Shown here: positions 57,784 through 64,000 of the stretch, piece by piece | Layout of the letters: each line of letters opens with the position of its first letter | How positions within the stretch are numbered: position 1 is the stretch's first letter | Assembly (NCBI GenBank): GCA_964291675.2 | Contig: OZ219866.1 | Span: 1,088,001-1,152,000 of the forward strand | Direction: 5' to 3' | Source: Alphaproteobacteria bacterium | GTDB taxonomy: Bacteria; Pseudomonadota; Alphaproteobacteria; MPNO01 | Length of the DNA: 64,000 nucleotides | Made by a program: the position numbers and the translations under genes | The notes under the pieces: generated by a model | Seen by the model: the letters and a program-made list of their open reading frames with translations, nothing else | The model's database searches: none | Told to the model about the DNA's origin: nothing

Positions 57784-58566
57784 TCAACGCCGGAAGTCCG
57801 GCGCGCGCTTCTCGCGGAACGCCGCCCGCCCTTCCGCGAAATCGGCGGTGGTGAAGTTGGAGGCCTGGCCGAGGGCTTCCATCTCGAGCGCCGCCTCGAG
57901 GCTCGTGGGCGCGAGGCCGAGCTGCTGCTTGGCGAGCGCGAAGGCGAGCGCCGGCATGGCGGCGAGCTCCCGCGCGCGCTCCAGCGCGACGGCCTCGGCC
58001 CCGCCTGCCGGGGCGAGCTCGTCGGCGAGCCCCGCCTCGACGGCTTCGGCGCCCCGCAGCATCCGGGCGTAGAGCAGGATCTGGCGCGCCCTGGCGGCGC
58101 CGACGCGTCGCGGCAGGGTATGGAGGATCGCGTAGTCGGGGATCAGCCCGACCTTGAAGAAGGGAAAGCCGATGGCGCCGGTCTCGGCGAGCACGATGGT
58201 ATCCGCCAGCAACGCGATCCCGGCGCCGGCGCCGACGGCATAGCCCTCGACGGCGGCGACGATGGGCTTCTCCGCCTCGGCGATCAGCCGCACCATGCGA
58301 TGGTTGGACTTCATGCGCGCCCGGCCCGCCCCGGCGTCGAGCCCCTCCATCGAGGCGATGTCGCCGCCGGCGCAGAAGTGCCCGCCATTGCCGGCCAGCA
58401 CCAGGGCGCGCACCGCCTTGTCCTGCAGCGCCGCGTCGATGCCCTCGATCAGCGCCAGCCTGAGCTCGGGGTCGAGCGCGTTGCGCTTCTCCGGCCGGTT
58501 GAGCCCGACCCGGGCGATCCCCTCGTCCGGCCGGTCGACGGTCAGCACGGGCAGCTCTGCGTTCAT
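57784..58566 (-). CDS. enoyl-CoA hydratase/isomerase family protein
   Basis: LNRPEKRNAL, FCAGGDI, AVGAG, GLIPD. Confidence 0.9.
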   Translation of the reverse strand: MNAELPVLTVDRPDEGIARVGLNRPEKRNALDPELRLALIEGIDAALQDKAVRALVLAGNGGHFCAGGDIASMEGLDAGAGRARMKSNHRMVRLIAEAEKPIVAAVEGYAVGAGAGIALLADTIVLAETGAIGFPFFKVGLIPDYAILHTLPRRVGAARARQILLYARMLRGAEAVEAGLADELAPAGGAEAVALERARELAAMPALAFALAKQQLGLAPTSLEAALEMEALGQASNFTTADFAEGRAAFREKRAPDFRR

Positions 58567-58647
58567 GTCCTGAGCCTCGGTAGCGGGTCGGCGCGACTAT
58601 CCCGATTCGCGCGCGCGGCGACAAGGCGGGCGAGTTCGCAGCCGTCC

Positions 58648-59091
58648 TCAACTCGCGGCTTGCACCAGGAAGGGGTTTCTAACCGTCACCGTCCCGTACA
58701 TGCGGCCATGCTGAAAATCCTCGGACAGCAGCTCTTCGATCCCGTTGACTTCCGCGTAGGCCCAGAGGTGTGCGTCGAACCAGGACAGGCGGTACGCTGC
58801 CGCGCCCCGCAGCGCCGTCCGCAACACGGCTTCGTTGGGATAGAGGATCGGGCACTGCACCATGAATTCTTCGGCCTCCCGTCGCGCCACCGCAGGATCG
58901 AGCAGCCGGTCTTCCGGCCGGCCTCGGGTCGTTGCCGCGACGAACTCGACGATCGCCTGATGGGGGATGCGCAAGGTTCCCTTGTCCAGGCCGTCGCGCA
59001 GGACATCGGCGGCGATCGCCCGCTTGTCCGGGAATCGCTTGTCGTATCGATAGACGAGTATATTGGTGTCAATCAGCGTCCTGGAGGCCAC
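58648..59091 (-). CDS. PIN-domain (VapC) toxin
   Basis: IDTNILVY, Q.IVEF, SWFDA, LSEDF acidic motifs; GTG start inferred. Confidence 0.9.
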   Translation of the reverse strand: MASRTLIDTNILVYRYDKRFPDKRAIAADVLRDGLDKGTLRIPHQAIVEFVAATTRGRPEDRLLDPAVARREAEEFMVQCPILYPNEAVLRTALRGAAAYRLSWFDAHLWAYAEVNGIEELLSEDFQHGRMYGTVTVRNPFLVQAAS

Positions 59092-59365
59092 GCTCGTAGA
59101 GCTCCTCGCGAGTCCAGCCGCGCGTTTCGGCGCGGCGTGCGGGCCGGCCTGCATCGCGCAGTCGCTGGCGTTCGGTCGCAGCGTCGAACAGGCGCAAGCG
59201 CGCCTCCCTGTCGAGGACGGCGGTCGTCGTGGCGACATTGCCGGGCACAAGGCGGATGACCTCGCCCGCCGCCTCGAAACGGATTTCGTCGCCGGGCTCG
59301 ATTCCGTAGCGCTTGGCTAGCGCCTTGGGCAGCGTGACCTGGAGCTTGCTGGTGACTTTGCTCAT
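59069..59365 (-). CDS. AbrB/MazE family antitoxin
   Basis: KVTSKLQVTLPK...YGIEPGD; C-terminal WTREELYER. Confidence 0.9.
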   Translation of the reverse strand: MSKVTSKLQVTLPKALAKRYGIEPGDEIRFEAAGEVIRLVPGNVATTTAVLDREARLRLFDAATERQRLRDAGRPARRAETRGWTREELYERGLQDAD

Positions 59366-59802
59366 ATCCTTGTATTAGCAAGGACATGTTCCTTGTCAAG
59401 CGTGATCGATGCCAGGGCGTCAACAAGGCTCGGATCGACGGTCAGCAGATGCGCCTCGCAGGTCCGGCAGTCGGATGCGCCGAAGCGGGGCACGGGTACC
59501 CGGGCGCCGTGGGCGAGGGCGAAATCCGCGATGGTGCATTCCCGCCCGCCGGGATAGGCGACGACATCCTCGACCTGCGCCGCCTCCGTCAGGCGGTCGA
59601 CGTGCCAGACGGCCGCCTTGGGCTGTCTCAAGTGCCGGCCGACGCGGGCGCGGATGCCGCCGGGACCCCGGGCGCTGCCGGCGTACAGATAGAGCCCGGC
59701 GGGCAGCACGGGCCGGCCGAGGGTTTGGATGTCGAGGCGGGTGTCGCGGGCGAGCCGGAGGATCAGCGCATACGCGCCCGGCGCATCGGGCGTGGGGCTC
59801 AT
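59362..59802 (-). CDS. DUF123 / GIY-YIG (Uri superfamily) nuclease
   Basis: GAY.L...YLYAGSA...RVGRHL...WHVD.L...EC...FGASDC..C..HL. Confidence 0.85.
   Translation of the reverse strand: MSPTPDAPGAYALILRLARDTRLDIQTLGRPVLPAGLYLYAGSARGPGGIRARVGRHLRQPKAAVWHVDRLTEAAQVEDVVAYPGGRECTIADFALAHGARVPVPRFGASDCRTCEAHLLTVDPSLVDALASITLDKEHVLANTRI
59367..59399 (-). promoter_or_regulatory. TA promoter with operator half-sites
   Basis: Minus strand TTGACA...GCTAATAC; half-sites TCCTTG/CAAGGA/TCCTTG at 59367, 59379, 59390. Confidence 0.65.
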
Positions 59803-60910
59803 GACGGGCCGTTCCACGGATGCAGCCCGGCGAGCGCGGCTTCGAGCGCGACCATCAGGTCGTCCTCCCCGATGCCCGCGAACTCCACGTCCTCGCGGGC
59901 AAGGAAGGTCTGGACGGCCCGGCGCAGGGCGGCCGGCTCGGCGGGCGCGCCCGCCAGCGCGCGCTCCAGCCAGTCGACGGAGTCCAGCGGGCGCGGGTGC
60001 CAGTCGCCGTTGACGATGGCGCAGACCACGCGCCCCTCCCGCACCGCGAGCGTCGCGCGGATCATCCCGCCCATCGCCTTCTCGCGGCCCCGCCCGACCG
60101 TATCCCCGAAGCGAGCAGGCCGGCGAAGCGGATTCGCTCGGACTTGCCGAACAGCCAGCTTTCGGTGTCGAGCTCGGCCCGGAAGGCATCGGCATAGCCC
60201 CGCTCCGCCGGTTCGAGGGTCCCGCGCGCGAGCCCGGACTCGCCGAAGGCGCGCTCGGTACAGGCGACGGCGAACGCGGCGAGCTCCGCCTCGTCGATCG
60301 CCCTTCTCGCCTCCCGCTCCAGCCAGGTGAAGCGCGATTCCAGCGTCTTCAGCGCCTTGTCGCGCACCTTCTCCGGCGGCATCGGCATCGCCCTGCCGGC
60401 AAGCCCGGTGTCGATCGGCTTGACGTTGATGACGATGCGGAGCGTCATCACCCCGTCCTCGATCTTGAGCGAGGTGGGGACCAGCTTGCGCCCCTCGACC
60501 TGGATGTCGTTGAGCGGGCGGTACTCGGCCGCGAACCCGTAGCGGTCGCGGAACACGCCGGCCACCGCCGTCAGAATCTTGCGGAACGCCGCTTCGGTGG
60601 TGGCCGGCACCTGCTTGTGGGAGACCGGCAGGAAATAGATCAGGAAGGCCGACCCGGCGCCGGCATAGACCGGCCCGCCGCCATTGACCCGGCGGCGGAA
60701 ATCGATGCCGCGGGCGCGGCAGAACTTCAGGTCGAGCACCTGTTCGGGGTCCTCGTTGACGCCGATGGTGATCGAGTCGGAATCGAAGACGTAGAGAAAC
60801 ACCGTCGGCGGCGCCTCGCCGAGCGTGACCGCCTTCTCCACCGCGGGCGAGACGGAGACGGAAAAATCCGCATACGAGCCGCGGTCGACGAGCAGGCGCC
60901 AGACGCTCAT
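59799..60910 (-). pseudogene. lipoate-protein ligase A-like protein, split by a 1-nt frameshift (or sequencing error)
   Basis: RRVNGGGPVY, NDIQVEGRKL; adding one base to the C-run at 60104-60107 joins 60062..60910 to 59799..60074 (SGDTVGRGREKAMGGMIRA). Confidence 0.75.
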
Positions 60911-62082
60911 GCCTTGCCCCTGCGGTCGACGGCCAGCGGGCCGTCCTCGAGCGATTCGGCGACCTCGATCCGGTCGGCGCCGATCAGGGTCTGGCTGCGG
61001 AACCGCCGGGCGACCTCCTCCAGCGCATCGTCGCCGGCGCTTCCCTCCAGCGCGAGGGCGAGCCGGTCGCGCCCCCGCTCGCTGTCGACGGTGAGGCGGT
61101 ACTTGCCGGTCAGCCCGTCGATGCCGAGCAGGACGGCGCGGATCTCGGACGGGTAGAGCTTGACCCCCTTCACCTTCACCATCTCGTCGGTGCGGCCGAA
61201 GACGACGCGGGGCAGGCTCACCGTTCTTCCGTGCACGGGCGCGGCGATCCGCCGGACGGTGAGGTCGCCGGTGCGGTAGCGCACAAGCGGCTGCGCTTCC
61301 TTGACCAGGTGGGTCAGGACGAGCTCGCCGCGTTCCCCGTCCTCGACCGGCGCCGCGGTCTCGGGGTCGATGACCTCGGCATGGACCAGCTCGTCGAACA
61401 CGTGGACCCCCTCGCCGCCCGGAAAGGTCCGCGCGACGGGCAGGAACTCCGACAGCGAGAACGAGTCGACCAGCACGGTATCCGGCATCGCCGCCCGCAC
61501 CCGGGCGTACAGCGCCCGGTTGCCGGTGAACGCCTCGCCGCCGGCGAAGAACGCGCGGGGCGGGGCGAGCCCGGCCTCGATCAGCCTGAGCGAGAAGCTC
61601 GGATTGCCGGCAAGCACCGTCACGCCGTGGCGGTTGCAGATCTCGACCGCGCGTTCGGCCTCGCCGGGGCCGAGCGGGATGCAGGCTACGCCATGCGCCT
61701 CCATCTGCGACTGGTAGAACAGCCCGGCGACGAACAGGTGATAGCCGAAGGTCACCGCGCAGACATCGCCCTCGCCGATGCCGCAGGCGGCGAGATGGGT
61801 GCCCGCGGCGGCGATCATCCGCTGGAGGTCGCCGGCGGTCTGGAACACCGGCACCAGCGACGCCCCCATGGGCGTCAGGTTGACCCGGACCGGCCGCGCC
61901 CCGCCGAACCCGCCATAGTCCGGCTTCGCCATCTCGGCGACGAAATCCGCCCGCGTCGTCAGCGGCACCGAGGCGGCGAAGTCGTCCGCGTCGGCGATCT
62001 CGCGCGGCAGGCGGCCGCGATAGAACTTGTGGTCGCCGAGACGGTCCAGCGCCCGGTTGATGGCCTCCTTAGAAAAACCCAT
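60907..62082 (-). CDS. phenylacetate-CoA ligase (PaaK)-like protein with degenerate P-loop
   Basis: FGYHLF..G, GELVLT, RYRTGDL, GRTDEMVKVKGV. Confidence 0.82.
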   Translation of the reverse strand: MGFSKEAINRALDRLGDHKFYRGRLPREIADADDFAASVPLTTRADFVAEMAKPDYGGFGGARPVRVNLTPMGASLVPVFQTAGDLQRMIAAAGTHLAACGIGEGDVCAVTFGYHLFVAGLFYQSQMEAHGVACIPLGPGEAERAVEICNRHGVTVLAGNPSFSLRLIEAGLAPPRAFFAGGEAFTGNRALYARVRAAMPDTVLVDSFSLSEFLPVARTFPGGEGVHVFDELVHAEVIDPETAAPVEDGERGELVLTHLVKEAQPLVRYRTGDLTVRRIAAPVHGRTVSLPRVVFGRTDEMVKVKGVKLYPSEIRAVLLGIDGLTGKYRLTVDSERGRDRLALALEGSAGDDALEEVARRFRSQTLIGADRIEVAESLEDGPLAVDRRGKA

Positions 62083-63821
62083 CAGCGCCGGGAATCGGCG
62101 AGCGCCGCCGAGTCGTCGTAGGCCGTCCGGACGTTGAGCACCGCCTGGCGCCGGTCCACCTCGACCGCCTCGATGGCACGCTCCAGCGCGCCCGGCAGCG
62201 CGTCCGGGGTCTCGACTTCCTCGCCATAGCCGTCCGAGGCCTCGACGACCTTGTGATAGGCGGGCGAGGGTTCGAGATAGGTGAGCGGCGCCCGGTTGGC
62301 GCGCGAGGCGGCGCCGTCGGGATGCAGCCCCAGCGTCGCCTTGCGCACCGAGCCCCACATCCGGTTGTTGAGGATCACGGTCACCACCGGCAGGTCGTTG
62401 GCGGCGGAGACGAAATGCGCCGGCGTCGGGTTGCCGAACATGTAGGAGCCGTCGCCGACGACGCAGAACACCCGGCGGTCGCCATAGCCCAGCTTGGCGC
62501 CGAGCGACGCGCCCACCCCCCAGCCGAGACCGCCGGCCGGGCTGGTGGCGAAGAAGGTGCCGGGCTTGCGGAAATCGATATTGCCGAGTGCGAGCTGGGA
62601 CTCGCTCACCATCACGTCGTCGTCGTCCTTGATCCCGTCGATGCAGTGGGCGATCCAGGCGGCGTCGGCGGCGCCCGCCCGCCGCGCCGCGTCGATGCGC
62701 GCCGCGCGGGCCTCGGCCATCGCCGCCTTGCGCTCGGCGGCGCGCGCCCTGCGTGCGTCGATCCGCCCGTTCGCCGCGCCGTCGAGCGCGTCGGCGAGCG
62801 CGGCGAGCCCGAGGCTCGATTCCGCGGTGATCGCGAGGTCGCAAGGATAGCCGCGCACCGGATAGCTGCTGTAGAGCGGGTCGACCCCCATGTGGATCAC
62901 CCGGGCGTCGGGGTTGGGGCTGTGCAGGCTGGGGATCCAGGGCACGTCGCAATCGACCACCAGGATCAGATCGGCGTTCGGGAGCAGCCCGCCCGGTTCG
63001 AACCCCATATGCATGGCATGGTCGGTGGGGAGCGATACGTAGCGCGGCCGGTAGGCGACCACCGGCAGGGCGAAGCGCTCGGCAAGCGCGGTCAGCGCCT
63101 CGGCCGAGGCGGCGTTCCTTCCCGCGCTCGCGGTGATGACCAGCGGGTTCTCGGCCGCGCGGATCCACTGGGCGGCCTGGTCGATCGCGTTGGGGTCGGG
63201 CGCCGGGCTCGACGCGGCGAGCCGGCGCGACGGGCTCTCATAGGCGAAATCGCCCGGCTTCTCGGCCAGCACCTCGCGCGGCAAGGTGAGATAGACCGGC
63301 CCGCGCGGCTCGTTCATCGCCACGTTCACCGCGCGGTCGACGATGGTCTCCAGCTGGCGCGCGTTGCGCAGCTCGTAATCCCACTTGACCATCTCGCGGA
63401 CCATGCCCGCCTGGTCGAACATCTCCTGGCCCCAGTGGATGTAGATCGAGCGCGCGCCCGGCGCGCCGGTCTCGGTCAGCGGCGTGCGCCCCGAGGTGAA
63501 GATGATCGGCACGTTCTCGCGCGCCGCGTTGGTGATGCCGCAGATCGCGTTGGCGGTCCCCACATTGACGTGCACCATCACCGCCTGCGGCCGGCCGGTG
63601 GCGAGGAAATAGCCATGCGCCATCGCCACCGCGAGGTTCTCGTGCGGCACGGTCATCGGGGTGGGCGCGCTTGTCCCCTCGGTGGCCGATTTGGCGAGCG
63701 CCTCGATGACCGAAGCGAAATCGGTGCCCGCATTGCCGAACAGGTAGTCGACGCCCCTGTCCTTCAAAAGCGCGAGATAGGCTTCCGCCAGGCTGTCGAC
63801 CTGGATCCGTTGCTCGGGCAT
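62082..63821 (-). CDS. thiamine diphosphate-dependent enzyme (acetolactate synthase/benzoylformate decarboxylase-like)
   Basis: FGNAGTDF, PHE, HVNVGTAN, GDGSYMFG...NN. Confidence 0.92.
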   Translation of the reverse strand: MPEQRIQVDSLAEAYLALLKDRGVDYLFGNAGTDFASVIEALAKSATEGTSAPTPMTVPHENLAVAMAHGYFLATGRPQAVMVHVNVGTANAICGITNAARENVPIIFTSGRTPLTETGAPGARSIYIHWGQEMFDQAGMVREMVKWDYELRNARQLETIVDRAVNVAMNEPRGPVYLTLPREVLAEKPGDFAYESPSRRLAASSPAPDPNAIDQAAQWIRAAENPLVITASAGRNAASAEALTALAERFALPVVAYRPRYVSLPTDHAMHMGFEPGGLLPNADLILVVDCDVPWIPSLHSPNPDARVIHMGVDPLYSSYPVRGYPCDLAITAESSLGLAALADALDGAANGRIDARRARAAERKAAMAEARAARIDAARRAGAADAAWIAHCIDGIKDDDDVMVSESQLALGNIDFRKPGTFFATSPAGGLGWGVGASLGAKLGYGDRRVFCVVGDGSYMFGNPTPAHFVSAANDLPVVTVILNNRMWGSVRKATLGLHPDGAASRANRAPLTYLEPSPAYHKVVEASDGYGEEVETPDALPGALERAIEAVEVDRRQAVLNVRTAYDDSAALADSRR

Positions 63822-63895
63822 GCGGGGTCTCCCTTCGCGGCGGGTGCGGCTTGGCCCACTATAGGAGTTCGGCCGGCGCGGGTGAATTCGGGGCG

Positions 63896-64000
63896 ATGGG
63901 ATCGGCGGTGGCGATACGGCTCGCACTGTTCTACGCGGCGGTCTTCCTGTTCGTCGGCGTGGCGCTGCCGTTCTGGCCGGTCTGGCTGACCGCGAAGGGG
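63896..64000 (+). CDS. MFS transporter (HcaT-like), 3' truncated
   Basis: MGSAVAIRLALFYAAVFLFVGVALPFWPVWLTAKG. Confidence 0.7.
   Translation, partial: MGSAVAIRLALFYAAVFLFVGVALPFWPVWLTAKG

Overview
Very GC-rich alphaproteobacterial (Rhodospirillales-like) chromosome segment, probably origin-proximal. Core blocks: tRNA-Ala/TIGR02300, aroA-cmk-rpsA-sppA-ihfB-lapA-trpFBA-accD-folC-polA, trcR/prpE/purEK/def, rpsT-dnaA-dnaN-recF-gyrB and tkt-gap-pgk. Accessory blocks: a GGT/hydrolase/luciferase-like monooxygenase cluster; an amino-acid ABC transporter operon with an atypical class-IV aminotransferase and GntR next to a collapsed putA remnant; a small three-gene insert with a reversed HicBA-like pair; a VapBC module; and a TPP enzyme/PaaK-like/LplA-like/DUF123 operon with degenerate active-site motifs. 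The most striking non-coding signal is two inverted copies of a composite element (25553-25697 and 32327-32506) in which a perfect parS site is accompanied by three further palindromes in the same order. A candidate sRNA with its own promoter and terminator lies next to tRNA-Ala. All calls are motif-based by eye; no database search was run.
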